Part shown: in pieces, positions 1 through 8,762 of the stretch
Layout: every line of letters begins with the position of its first letter
How positions within the stretch are numbered: the stretch's first letter is position 1
NCBI GenBank assembly: GCA_014730185.1
Contig: WJIP01000195.1
Location: forward strand, 1 to 13,384
From: Caldithrix sp.
GTDB taxonomy: Bacteria > Calditrichota > Calditrichia > Calditrichales > Calditrichaceae
Direction: 5' to 3'
DNA: 13,384 nt
Notes under the pieces: generated by a model
Databases searched by the model: none
What the model was told of the DNA's origin: nothing
The model's input: the letters and a program-made list of their open reading frames with translations, nothing else
Position numbers and translations under genes: made by a program

Positions 1-220
1 AGCCCACTTCCCGGTAAGAGGCCTTTCCCTTTTGCCCTTTGGGCAATGAAATGGGAACTGTCAAATAACTCGGGCCGTTGGGCGTCTTGATGCGGTTACG
101 AGCGGCGAAGCTCTGTCCTCTCGGGTATTGGACGTTGTCCAGATAAACGAACACATCGCTTTGCATCATTTTGTAAAAATATCCGATCCACGGTAAATAG
201 TTTGCCTGATGCATAGCCAT
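1..220 (-). CDS. WbqC-like family protein, N-terminal part only; the gene runs off the window start
   Basis: The reverse complement of 1-220 reads MAMHQANYLPWIGYFYKMMQSDVFVYLDNVQYPRGQSFAARNRIKTPNGPSYLTVPISLPKGQ... The HQxNYLPWxGYF opening matches my recollection of the WbqC-like (PF08889) N-terminus. The ORF is open to the window edge and is absent from the ORF track because it is partial. The ATG at 218-220 lies 9 nt past the sulfotransferase stop. Confidence 0.55.
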   Translation of the reverse strand, partial: MAMHQANYLPWIGYFYKMMQSDVFVYLDNVQYPRGQSFAARNRIKTPNGPSYLTVPISLPKGQKGKASYREVG

Positions 221-228
221 TAAGGTTT

Positions 229-1227
229 TCATAAGGCGCCCTCGCTGTTTTCTAACGAACGGATCAGCGTTGAAAATTTTTCTTTATCTTCGCTTTGCGG
301 ATAACTGCGATAGGGAAATTCACCGGGCGGCGGATTATCAACTGTTAAGGAATAATCCAATAATTGCAGGGAAGTATCTTGAATTTGTTTGAAAACCTGA
401 TGCGGACTTCCCGTAAGCGATTGATAGGAAACCCTGACCACATTTAAATCATTATTCTTGATTTCCCTGTCGTAAAAGCGTTTCAAATAATAAACCTGTC
501 CAGCGATTTGTGTGTAATAATCCTTATCGCGCAACTGTTCGTATTCGATGGGCATATAGCTCCACCAGGTATTCAAGTCCGTGTAATATTTTTTGCGGGC
601 CTGTAAAATCGATACCGCAGCGTCCAGCGGATCCCGTTCGATGTATACATAAAGAACTTTACTCAGAATGTCCTGCATCGTTTTTAAGTGATAGGAACCA
701 AAGATATTTTTAAAGATCATTGGCTTACCGAACTCCTGTTGCATATTGGCTAATGTCTTTTTTAAGCCTGCCCAATTGATGTTGGGTTCCATTTCCTTAC
801 AGCGGGTGACCCCCTCAAACGTTTCTTTTTGTAACCAATACCGCCAGAAATAACCGAATTCATGAATGTCGGACAGCTCTGAGGTGCGGGCATAATCGGA
901 ATGGAAATCGGTTTGCCGTTGATCGCCGTAAATGCTTTTAAACAGGCGGATGCCGTGCAAAGGGGCCAGCCAGAAACGAGCCTCGAAATTATTAATGAAT
1001 CCCACGTCGAGTGAATGGGCAATGAGCTGGGTCATCAGCGTGGTGCCGGAGCGGGGTAAACCGAACACAAAAATAAAAGGATGTTCTATGCCGAGATCAT
1101 CGGTATACAACTCCTGTTCGGCGGCTTGCAGGGACCGGTTCAGATGTTGCAGAAAATTCTCGGTTTGCGGCGACTTAACGTAGCCGCCCTTGCGATTCTG
1201 ATATAAATCGGTTAATCGGTCAACCAT
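229..1227 (-). CDS. PAPS-dependent sulfotransferase family protein
   Basis: GLPRSGTTL matches the 5'-phosphosulfate-binding P-loop (PKSGTTW-like), and YIERDPLDAAVS matches the 3'-phosphate-binding RDPxD motif. The track start at 1230 is TTG. The ATG at 1225-1227 has AGGAG 6 nt upstream (plus-strand ctcct at 1233-1237). The stop is TGA. Confidence 0.8.
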   Translation of the reverse strand: MVDRLTDLYQNRKGGYVKSPQTENFLQHLNRSLQAAEQELYTDDLGIEHPFIFVFGLPRSGTTLMTQLIAHSLDVGFINNFEARFWLAPLHGIRLFKSIYGDQRQTDFHSDYARTSELSDIHEFGYFWRYWLQKETFEGVTRCKEMEPNINWAGLKKTLANMQQEFGKPMIFKNIFGSYHLKTMQDILSKVLYVYIERDPLDAAVSILQARKKYYTDLNTWWSYMPIEYEQLRDKDYYTQIAGQVYYLKRFYDREIKNNDLNVVRVSYQSLTGSPHQVFKQIQDTSLQLLDYSLTVDNPPPGEFPYRSYPQSEDKEKFSTLIRSLENSEGAL

Positions 1228-1240
1228 CAAACGCTCCTGT

Positions 1241-1876
1241 TTATTTGATTATCCAGCGTACAACTTCGAAGGTCTCGGCAAAATCTCTTCCGCATTGCAC
1301 ACCGCGGGTTTTGGCCAGTCCCTTAATAAACTCTTCATTGGCGTATTTGCGACCCGTTTGCGAACGATAGCATTTGACCGATTCCAGTTTGGTATGAAGA
1401 TGATGTTCTTCCAGATAGACGAAAGCCCGGGTTTCGAAGTTGATGTTATTCCAGGGCATTTCATAGGCCAGCACGGACGTAAATTTAAAGGCCCGTAAGC
1501 CTTCCGTGGCGATGGTAAAATGATCCTGATGCAAATCATTGGCGGATGTCATCAGCACGAGGTCGGGTTGGATATCCCGATTCAATTGCACCAGGTCCTC
1601 TAAAATTTCCTGTCGATAATGAGCAAATTTTCTGACCGGATAGCGATAGATAAGCAAATGATCCTTGCGGATGCCCAAAACTTTGCTGGAAGCTTTAACT
1701 TCCTTCAGCAAGATATCTTTGGGCAAACCCTCGGGAACCGATTCCTCGGCGCAGGAGAACGTGGCGTAGTATACGTCGCGGCCTTCCTCAATAAACTTTG
1801 CCATGGTCCCGCCGCATCCGAATTCGCCATCGTCGGTATGCGGCCCGAGAACCAGTACTTTTTTAAAATCATTCAT
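1241..1876 (-). CDS. PIG-L/LmbE family deacetylase (N-acetylglucosaminyl-type de-N-acetylase)
   Basis: The N-terminus VLVLGPHTDDGEFGCGGT is the signature HPDDE...GxGG zinc-binding motif of the PIG-L/LmbE fold. The ~210 aa length is typical. The stop lies 14 nt from the sulfotransferase ATG, so the two are in an operon. Confidence 0.85.
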   Translation of the reverse strand: MNDFKKVLVLGPHTDDGEFGCGGTMAKFIEEGRDVYYATFSCAEESVPEGLPKDILLKEVKASSKVLGIRKDHLLIYRYPVRKFAHYRQEILEDLVQLNRDIQPDLVLMTSANDLHQDHFTIATEGLRAFKFTSVLAYEMPWNNINFETRAFVYLEEHHLHTKLESVKCYRSQTGRKYANEEFIKGLAKTRGVQCGRDFAETFEVVRWIIK

Positions 1877-2010
1877 AGTGCACCTGCAGGGATACGATGA
1901 ATATGTTCTTTACGAGTAGTTATTTTACTCGAAAATAATATTGACTGGGGGTGGAACGCAAATATTTTTATATTCATCGTGTATATGGATTTTATGTTTT
2001 TCAATGTTAT

Positions 2011-2036
2011 AATAAACGAAGCCTAAAGCATCCGAG
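2011..2036 (-). terminator. Rho-independent terminator of the aminopeptidase gene
   Basis: A perfect 10-bp stem gcctaaagca/tgctttaggc with a 6-nt loop sits 50 nt beyond the stop at 2086. On the minus strand it is followed by TTCGTTTATTATAA, which is T-rich. Confidence 0.5.
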
Positions 2037-2085
2037 TGCTTTAGGCCTCTTGGGTTTAATGCATTAAAAGTGTGTATGCAGACGT

Positions 2086-3321
2086 CTACCATTTTTGATG
2101 ACCGGCAGATGCTCCTTTGACTTTATGTTTGTCCGGTACCACCCAGATATTATCTTCAATTTCCAGCTTAACATCATCCAGATAAACCGCTTTTCCGCAG
2201 CCGCCTTCCCGGAAATCGGTTACGATATCCACATGTTGGGCAGAACGATTCAGTTTGCCCTGCTCGAAAAACTGTTCCAGCTCTTTTGTGCCCTGTTCGG
2301 AGCTGGGATCATCCACATAACATTCGGGATAACTGGCACCGATGGCAATGTGCAGCGTGCCGCCGACTTTTTCCACAAACAACGGATGCTTCAACACTTT
2401 TTCAATACCGTTATTCATACCCAGGGCTACTTCACCCAGCCGATGTGAGCCCTCATCGGTTTCAATGATTTTTTCCAAGGTTTCACCATTTTTGTCCGCG
2501 GAATAATCGACAATTTTACCCTTCTCAAATTTCAGATAAATGCCCTGGATGGTCACGCCCACAAAAGACACCGGCAGGTCCACGAATATTTCGCCTTCAA
2601 CCGTGTTGGTGTTGGGGCTGGTAAACACCTCGCCATCAGGAAAATTGCGTTTGCCCGTGCACTTTACAATGTTACGCCCACCGATGTCCATTTTTAATTC
2701 CAATTGGCGCCCGTTGCCGGGATGCTCGGTCACAATACGTATGGTTTGGCTGTGATTGAGCAGTTGATAAATATCTTCTTCCACATCATTGAGCATGCGG
2801 GGATCGACCAGTGAAGCATTGACGATAACGCGGGCGTATTCTTCCAGTGTCATGCCCTCCAGATCGGCAAATCCCTGCGTGGGAAAAAGAGTTAGTACCC
2901 AGGGTTTAAGCAGCCTCAGGTTTTTGATGGGTTCATCCGCCCGCATAATTGCTTTGGATGTTTCGTCCGGTAGGTTGGCATAGAGTTCGGGATTTTCGGC
3001 GCCCAGAACTTCGATGTATTTGGTCATGGCTTTATATCTTTCTTTATGCCACTCGGGAACGCCTTCGATTTGTTCCTTCGATCCATGGCGAGCCATGGAG
3101 GCGCTCCACACTTTACCGCGGTCGTTATCCGGCGGCACAATATTCATATCGGCAATAGCGCCGGCAGCAAATATTTTATCCTGCAAGACAGAAAGCAGCG
3201 GCCAAGTAATGTGTTCACCTTTCAGCATAATAACATCTTCTTTTTTGATGCCGCCCAGGGAATAATCCAATAAATAATTCGCCCAGGTTTCCAGGTCTTT
3301 GCGGGGTAGGTTTACAGACAT
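2086..3321 (-). CDS. M29-family aminopeptidase (AmpS/PepS/aminopeptidase T-like)
   Basis: The ~410 aa length fits the family. The C-terminal half carries ETDEGSHRLGEVALG...GGTLHIAIGASYP...QHVDIV, which matches my recollection of conserved blocks in M29 aminopeptidases (ETDEGARRLGEVAL, HLALGNAYP, VHVDF). The track start at 3336 reads through the SD. The ATG at 3319-3321 (MSVNLPRK) is preceded by AAAGGAG at 5-nt spacing. Confidence 0.8.
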   Translation of the reverse strand: MSVNLPRKDLETWANYLLDYSLGGIKKEDVIMLKGEHITWPLLSVLQDKIFAAGAIADMNIVPPDNDRGKVWSASMARHGSKEQIEGVPEWHKERYKAMTKYIEVLGAENPELYANLPDETSKAIMRADEPIKNLRLLKPWVLTLFPTQGFADLEGMTLEEYARVIVNASLVDPRMLNDVEEDIYQLLNHSQTIRIVTEHPGNGRQLELKMDIGGRNIVKCTGKRNFPDGEVFTSPNTNTVEGEIFVDLPVSFVGVTIQGIYLKFEKGKIVDYSADKNGETLEKIIETDEGSHRLGEVALGMNNGIEKVLKHPLFVEKVGGTLHIAIGASYPECYVDDPSSEQGTKELEQFFEQGKLNRSAQHVDIVTDFREGGCGKAVYLDDVKLEIEDNIWVVPDKHKVKGASAGHQKW

Positions 3322-3643
3322 AACGACTCCTTTCACAGGTTAGACTTTGATCAATATTTTAATTTAAGGCCCGATGCAATGTACAGCAATGTGTTTTTAA
3401 ATTTTAGCTGTAATAAACCGGGTATGAATTTTCAAATAGCAAAAGAGTTCCAGCCCCTCAGTCATCTTATCTTAATGATACTCAATTGATCCTTAGAGAC
3501 GTATGATAACACCATTAACATTGAGTGTGAATTTCAAAATCACTCCCTTCTACAATATAAGTTTCGCCATGTTCTAATGATCAACAACTTTATTATCAGA
3601 AAGACCAATCCAACCCTCATTCACGCAGCAACTCCAATAGTAT

Positions 3644-6600
3644 TTAGAAAAAGGCCCGGATTTCAGCCTGTCCGCTGTGGATTATGCGATCGAATTGAGA
3701 TTCATCGCGGCCATTGTAGAAGAACGTGAAAACGATGTTTTTAGCCACGGTATATTCTGCTCGAAGCTGCCATAATTGTGATAACCCTTCTTTTTTGCCC
3801 CGGGCCATTTCAAAAGGGATGGTAAAATCCAAAGGATTTTCAAAGACGTTCACATGCTGCCTGGAATATTCCCCGCTGATTCGGCCTTTTCCGGGGATGG
3901 CGTAGTCGATTCTGAATTTGGATAAAACGTACCACAGTTGCAGCGGATAGGATTCCACATCATTGATTTCCCGCCCATACTGGCCTTCCAGGCCGAATTC
4001 CCATCGGGTGAAAGGCCGATAGGATAGTCTTTGTTCACCGTAATAACCGGTAATGTCCCGATTGCGAATAGGACTGGCCGCACTGTAGCGGAATTTGCTT
4101 TTTAAAGTGGCTTCCGATTGTCCGCTGAAACGGCTGTTGATCCGCCAACTGCTGCGCAAGGCATAGGTTCGGTTCAGTCGATCCTCATTTTCACCGGCAT
4201 CTAAAAATTGATTGAACCGACTTTGATCGTATTTGAAACGCAGGCGAAAAGACAGATTGCGGTTTCGGCGCATGATATACAAATCCTGATCGTATTGTAT
4301 GACACCGCGAATGGTCTGGGCATTCTGGAAACTGGATACATTCAACAAATAGATATCATACAAATCGTCGCTGCCGGATTCCTCTTCAATGCGTAAACTG
4401 GATTCACTGCTTAATCGATTTAAAAAAGACTGCCAGCCCCCGCTCGGATTATCCCAGTAACGGTCGCCATCCAGGCGCAGACGGAAAGCGCTTTCCAGGT
4501 TGGTAATCGGCCTGAAGTTACCGGAGGGTAACACAAATAAAATATATTTTCCATCAGGATCGGGCACGTATTCCTGCAAATCCTCATCGAATCTCAGATT
4601 ACCCCGGCTTTCGCCCACATCCAGATAAATTTTTTCTTTGAGGGCCGTTTGTTCCGTGGAAATACGGTACAGCATATTGAAGTCGAAGGCACTTTTCCAG
4701 CGCTGATGACCCAGTTTGAGCTCAGCCAGATTGGTTTTCCGATCCTGCCAAACGGTATCCTGCACACTGGCATCGGCATAGAGTAATTTTAAGGTATCAA
4801 CTTTAATGGCTTCAAAGCGACGTGTATAATTCTTGGACCGACGGGTCAGCTGCACACTGGCATTGGTGTTTTGTAAGTTTTTCAGTTGCAGATCCAACCG
4901 GTGGGTATAAGTGGCGGCCTGTGGTAATAGCTGGTTGGTGTCCTGCGCATCATAAACCTTATCCTGTCGATATTCGGTCGCGATATGACCGGTAAAATAC
5001 TTCCATTTGGTAAAGTCGATTTGCATACCGGTATGATCATACTGAAATCCGCTGATGGTATTGCCCTGAATATTTTTGCGCTGCTCCCCGCGGTAGAATA
5101 CACGAGGCGTCCATTTCCATATTTCTTTTTGTAAATTTACTCTGTAACGTTGCCAGGTATTATTAACACCGGCCCGGGATAAACGGCTGTTTAGACGGGT
5201 ATAAAGGGCTTTTCCGGTAAATAGAGAGGGCCGGTCAAAATCAATTTGGGATTGCCAACGTTTGGATTTCATTTCTTTTTTTGCCAGATAACCCAGTTGC
5301 GATTGCAACGATAATTGATCGATGGGTCGATAATTCAGTTGGGTCTGTATACTTTTTTCCCGGTTATCGGTTAAACTGGGCTGTAAAACATTCCAGTAGC
5401 GCTGATAGTCGGGCCGATTGAGCCGGTCAATCGATTGAAAACGATTGTGCACATAACGGGCATTGATGTTAGCGGTTACTCGCCCAAAATCAGTTTGTCC
5501 AAGTTTTAATGCCTGGTCGGCAATGTTCAGGTGTAATTTGGCAGCACCGCCCATATTATCATCATCATCCACAGAAGAGAGTGTGTTTTTATCATAACGG
5601 GACAGGGCAGACTCGGTAGTTAACCGAATATTGGAAATCGGCTGCCAGGTTAAGCGAACGTCGGTCACGTCATGAGAAGCGGGCAGGGGGAGTAATTGAA
5701 CGGGTTCGTAATCCCCCCGCTGCGGGCCTATCCAGCGGTAAACACCCAGACGATCTCGGGTGTAGGAGCCCCGTTGCTTACCGACAAAAGAAAAGGTAAT
5801 CCGGTATGATCCGTTGTTATCGCCCACATATTTATAAATGGTATACGTTGTATTGTTGTATACCGTGTCCGTTTCAGCATAACTGCCGGAGCTGTCGGGG
5901 GTCAGGCGGGCACCTGCGGTAAACGCCTGTATGGGATCATCCCCGGCTTGCCTGATGATGGATTTATCCTCGGCGCTGAGCTCACCACCTTCTTCCAGGC
6001 TTTGCTGTGGATTGTCGGCTTCCCGGTAATAACGGACATCCAGTTGCAACTGGTCGTCAAACCACTGAGCGCCGTTTTCCACGCTGTAGACATTACGGTT
6101 GTATTGCTGCACGGCCGGAAAGTATTCAAAATCAATTTCAATGCGTGATTCACTGGTGATCAACCGTTGATTGGTAAAGGTAATCTGGCCGTTACCGTAT
6201 TCAATGGTATAATCGTTACTTTCACCACGTACCATTGGCTCCCCATTAATGAACACCTTTTCCGTGCCGGCCAGTACGATAATATCTTGACTACCGTCGG
6301 TAGCCGTTAATTGGTAAGGACCCTGGTTGCCTTCCTGCCCGATAAACTGCATGCTGTTGAAAAATCCGCGGGTGGCGGCCACTGTGGCCCCCAGATAGGT
6401 TTGGCCATATTGACCGCGCAGAGAGAGGCCCTGTAGTTTTCGCGAAAGATCGGCGAATTCCGAATTTTGATAGGTTAAATTCAGATCCCCTACGGTACCG
6501 TCCACATAAGGACTGCGGAACTGCACATATACTTTGTCGATTTCCTCCAGAGTCTGGGTGTTACCTTCGGGTTGGATGGGGGTCGCTTCATCGGTTAAGG

Positions 6601-7171
6601 CTCCGATAATTTCCACATTATCGGTAATCATGCCGGAAAGTTCCAAGTTCAACCCGGAATTCAGAGTAAAATCGCGGTTACTACCCACTTTTACACCCCG
6701 CATAATACTCCCGCTGGTGGATAATCCGGGAGGCATACCTGTAAAGGGGTTTTCGATATTGATCTGCCTGAGTTGGCGGTTGCCCTGTATGGTTTGTGTA
6801 CTGTCATCCGTGCGCATTTTTTCCGCTTCAAAGAGTGTATAGGTACGTTTCAGCTTCACTGGCAGACGGTTGTATACGATTCGAAGGGTATCCTCGATCG
6901 ATGGGTAGGGCATAAATCGAATGGTTTGAGAACGGTGGATTCGATAGTCGATTTCTTGTTGTAAAAGACGACTGTTGCGAGTGATTTGCAAGGTTTGCCA
7001 TTGAGGGCGATGATTTTCAGGGACCCGGAAGCTGAAGCGGGATTCACGTACTATAAGGGTGGTGTCGACTTTCCACGGATAGGCTGGTTTAATTATCTGA
7101 GCATTTGTTTTTTCTGCAAAAAATATCAGAGTGAATAAAAGCAGGCTGTATGTAAAAACGGACCGGTTCAC
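3644..7171 (-). CDS. Large secreted, probably outer-membrane beta-barrel, protein of unrecognised family (~1175 aa)
   Basis: The ORF is open from 7201 (TTG) with no internal stop over 3.5 kb. The GTG at 7169-7171 overlaps the upstream gene's TAG stop as TAGTG and yields a canonical signal peptide MNRSVFTYSLLLFTLIFFAEKTNA|Q. The C-terminus ends ...AEIRAFF, an aromatic terminal residue typical of OM beta-barrels. Composition is rich in Y/R/N/Q/S/T/G. I recognise no named domain. Confidence 0.6.
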   Translation of the reverse strand: MNRSVFTYSLLLFTLIFFAEKTNAQIIKPAYPWKVDTTLIVRESRFSFRVPENHRPQWQTLQITRNSRLLQQEIDYRIHRSQTIRFMPYPSIEDTLRIVYNRLPVKLKRTYTLFEAEKMRTDDSTQTIQGNRQLRQINIENPFTGMPPGLSTSGSIMRGVKVGSNRDFTLNSGLNLELSGMITDNVEIIGALTDEATPIQPEGNTQTLEEIDKVYVQFRSPYVDGTVGDLNLTYQNSEFADLSRKLQGLSLRGQYGQTYLGATVAATRGFFNSMQFIGQEGNQGPYQLTATDGSQDIIVLAGTEKVFINGEPMVRGESNDYTIEYGNGQITFTNQRLITSESRIEIDFEYFPAVQQYNRNVYSVENGAQWFDDQLQLDVRYYREADNPQQSLEEGGELSAEDKSIIRQAGDDPIQAFTAGARLTPDSSGSYAETDTVYNNTTYTIYKYVGDNNGSYRITFSFVGKQRGSYTRDRLGVYRWIGPQRGDYEPVQLLPLPASHDVTDVRLTWQPISNIRLTTESALSRYDKNTLSSVDDDDNMGGAAKLHLNIADQALKLGQTDFGRVTANINARYVHNRFQSIDRLNRPDYQRYWNVLQPSLTDNREKSIQTQLNYRPIDQLSLQSQLGYLAKKEMKSKRWQSQIDFDRPSLFTGKALYTRLNSRLSRAGVNNTWQRYRVNLQKEIWKWTPRVFYRGEQRKNIQGNTISGFQYDHTGMQIDFTKWKYFTGHIATEYRQDKVYDAQDTNQLLPQAATYTHRLDLQLKNLQNTNASVQLTRRSKNYTRRFEAIKVDTLKLLYADASVQDTVWQDRKTNLAELKLGHQRWKSAFDFNMLYRISTEQTALKEKIYLDVGESRGNLRFDEDLQEYVPDPDGKYILFVLPSGNFRPITNLESAFRLRLDGDRYWDNPSGGWQSFLNRLSSESSLRIEEESGSDDLYDIYLLNVSSFQNAQTIRGVIQYDQDLYIMRRNRNLSFRLRFKYDQSRFNQFLDAGENEDRLNRTYALRSSWRINSRFSGQSEATLKSKFRYSAASPIRNRDITGYYGEQRLSYRPFTRWEFGLEGQYGREINDVESYPLQLWYVLSKFRIDYAIPGKGRISGEYSRQHVNVFENPLDFTIPFEMARGKKEGLSQLWQLRAEYTVAKNIVFTFFYNGRDESQFDRIIHSGQAEIRAFF

Positions 7172-8082
7172 TAAAATACCAGATATCCTTTTATGATCCA
7201 ATTACCGGAAATGATGAACAGTTCACATTTGATTTGTTGATTCTCTTTTGGGCTTTGCCATGCCGCCACATCAACGGGATAGAATTCGGCATCCGGATTA
7301 TGCACTACAACGGGTTTGAATGATGTAATCTGTTGATTCGATATAAAGAGCGCGCCGCTGTCGCTATCCGTCACCAACGCCTGGCCATCCTTTAAAACAT
7401 CGATCCCTCGGGGATGGATCATTTGTTTATGGGAGGACTGACGCAGAAAATTGCCGAAGAAATCGAACTGTATCAGAGCTTGAAGTCCGACGTCGCTGAC
7501 AACCAATCGCTGCTCCTGCCAGATTTCCAATTGCCCCGGTTCCTTTAACCGTCCAATGCCGGAAGCATAATGACCGAAGGCCCGTTCCGCCGAACCATTT
7601 CGGTTGAATTTGATGATTTTGCTGTCACCCCGATCCAGTAAAAAAAGATCCTGCTGAGCGTTTACCGCACAGCTGAGGACTTCATCAAATTGATAATCAG
7701 TTACGGCACCGGGATTGCTTTCCAGAGATGAGATGTAGTTCATATTGCGGTCAAAACGTTGCACACGACGATTGTTATAGTCGGAGACATAAACATTGAT
7801 TATACTTTTGGTCCAGATATCCATGGGATAATTAAATTGCTCCCCCTGAAAACCGAAGCCCCCTACGGTTTTGATCAGTTTTCCCTGCCGATCAAAAATT
7901 TGCAAACGATGGTTACCGCTATCCACTACATAGACCAGACCGGCGGAATTTACGGTTAAAGCCTGCGGATCTTTAAATTGACCTGGTTGGCTTCCGCCAC
8001 CACCGAAACGGTGTTGTTCAAAAAAAGTTTGCGACAGTATCCCGATTGGCAGAAGACATAATAAAAGTATCCTGTAAACCAT
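7171..8082 (-). CDS. Secreted NHL-repeat (six-bladed beta-propeller) protein
   Basis: The signal peptide is MVYRILLLCLLPIGILSQ. NHL-type blades recur: GQFKDPQALTVNSAGLVYVVDSGNHRLQIFD, FNYPMDIWTKS..VYVSDYNNRRVQRFD, LKEPGQLEIWQEQRLVVSDVG, IHPRGIDVLKDGQALVTDSDSG. AAGGGA lies 8 nt upstream of the ATG. Confidence 0.75.
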   Translation of the reverse strand: MVYRILLLCLLPIGILSQTFFEQHRFGGGGSQPGQFKDPQALTVNSAGLVYVVDSGNHRLQIFDRQGKLIKTVGGFGFQGEQFNYPMDIWTKSIINVYVSDYNNRRVQRFDRNMNYISSLESNPGAVTDYQFDEVLSCAVNAQQDLFLLDRGDSKIIKFNRNGSAERAFGHYASGIGRLKEPGQLEIWQEQRLVVSDVGLQALIQFDFFGNFLRQSSHKQMIHPRGIDVLKDGQALVTDSDSGALFISNQQITSFKPVVVHNPDAEFYPVDVAAWQSPKENQQIKCELFIISGNWIIKGYLVF

Positions 8083-8108
8083 CGAATTATCCCTTCAGTA
8101 TAAACGGT

Positions 8109-8120
8109 CATCAGCTGATG
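8109..8120. promoter_or_regulatory. Perfect 12-bp palindrome CATCAGCTGATG in the NHL gene leader; candidate operator
   Basis: It is exactly self-complementary and lies 27-38 nt upstream of the NHL start codon, just 5' of the SD. Confidence 0.3.
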
Positions 8121-8390
8121 GTTGAATCCTTATGATCAACCACGCATGAGGAGATTGTTATTAAAATTTCGTAGGATACGGTCTGTATCCACCGAAAAAT
8201 GTATTGGATACACACTAATGTACAAAAATGTAACGGATTGGTTTCTTTATTGCAAGGTATAAAAATTGCCGGTTAAACGCATTCCAAAATGAATCAAATC
8301 CCTTGGTCAAAGGGCAAAAAAAAGAAGGGGATTAAAGCTTACAGGATTACTTTATGAATAGAACGTTGAATGATAAAAGCCGGGACAGAA

Positions 8391-8425
8391 AAGTGCTTAA
8401 AATTCTAACAGGGTTTTAAGCACTT
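8391..8425 (-). terminator. Possible terminator or hairpin downstream of the DUF2892 gene
   Basis: A perfect 12-bp AT-rich stem aagtgcttaaaa/ttttaagcactt with an 11-nt loop sits 35 nt past the stop at 8460. On the minus strand it is followed by TTCTGTCCCGGCTTTTATC, only moderately U-rich. Confidence 0.3.
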
Positions 8426-8459
8426 TAATAAAAAAATTCAGGCAGGAGGTACAGAAACT

Positions 8460-8651
8460 TTAATTCTCTTGTTTTTTGGTTGACGTTTTAAACGGTAGAT
8501 ATCCGGGACAAAAATTAAACAAACCGGTTAACAGTGGAAGTAAACCGATCCACCCCCAATTGGTTTTGGGACCCCAGAAATCAAGAGAAATGAGAAAGAC
8601 GCCTATTACAATTCTTAATACACGGTCAAAACCGCCCACATTGCTTTTCAT
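8460..8651 (-). CDS. DUF2892 (YgaP-like) small inner-membrane protein
   Basis: MKSNVGGFDRVLRIVIGVFLISL...WGWIGLLPLLTGLFNFCPGY matches the DUF2892 pattern N-V-G-x-x-D-R-x-x-R-x-x-x-G ... L-x-T-G-x-x-x-x-C-P-x-Y with two TM helices. AAGGAG lies 7 nt upstream of the ATG at 8651. Confidence 0.7.
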   Translation of the reverse strand: MKSNVGGFDRVLRIVIGVFLISLDFWGPKTNWGWIGLLPLLTGLFNFCPGYLPFKTSTKKQEN

Positions 8652-8719
8652 GACGTTGCTCCTTAATATGGTTTAAAGAATAACTGTATATTTAGATAGG
8701 TTGGGGGGAAGTAAGATAC

Positions 8720-8743
8720 AAAAAAGCCGGCCAAAGACCGGCT
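8720..8743 (-). terminator. Rho-independent terminator of rplU-rpmA
   Basis: A GC-rich stem agccgg/ccggct with a 7-nt loop sits 20 nt past the rpmA stop. On the minus strand it is followed by TTTTTTGTATC. Confidence 0.6.
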
Positions 8744-8762
8744 CAAAGTGTATTAACGGGGA

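Noticed and set aside
510-1498. Short plus-strand ORFs 510-713, 932-1183 and 1295-1498, and minus-strand ORFs 762-1022 and 1249-1539
   Set aside because: All are nested inside, antisense to, or in alternative frames of the sulfotransferase and PIG-L genes, which have clear family motifs. None has an SD or recognisable domains.
2095-3273. Plus-strand ORFs 2095-2448, 2286-2468, 2540-2755, 2789-2983, 2949-3158, 3014-3265 and 3046-3273
   Set aside because: These are shadow ORFs on the strand opposite the M29 aminopeptidase. They overlap one another in different frames and give no family-like sequence.
3850-7047. Small ORFs inside the large OMP gene on either strand (3850-4083, 4208-4396, 4594-4779, 4882-5103, 5902-6153, 5948-6148, 6534-6842, 6773-6964, 6856-7047)
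   Set aside because: They are nested in alternative frames of a 3.5-kb uninterrupted ORF with signal peptide and C-terminal Phe, which makes these spurious.
8306-8330. Hairpin cccttggtcaaaggg followed by an A-run
   Set aside because: The A-tract follows the stem on the plus strand, which places the T-tract before the stem on the minus strand, so it is not oriented as an intrinsic terminator for either strand. No gene ends nearby.
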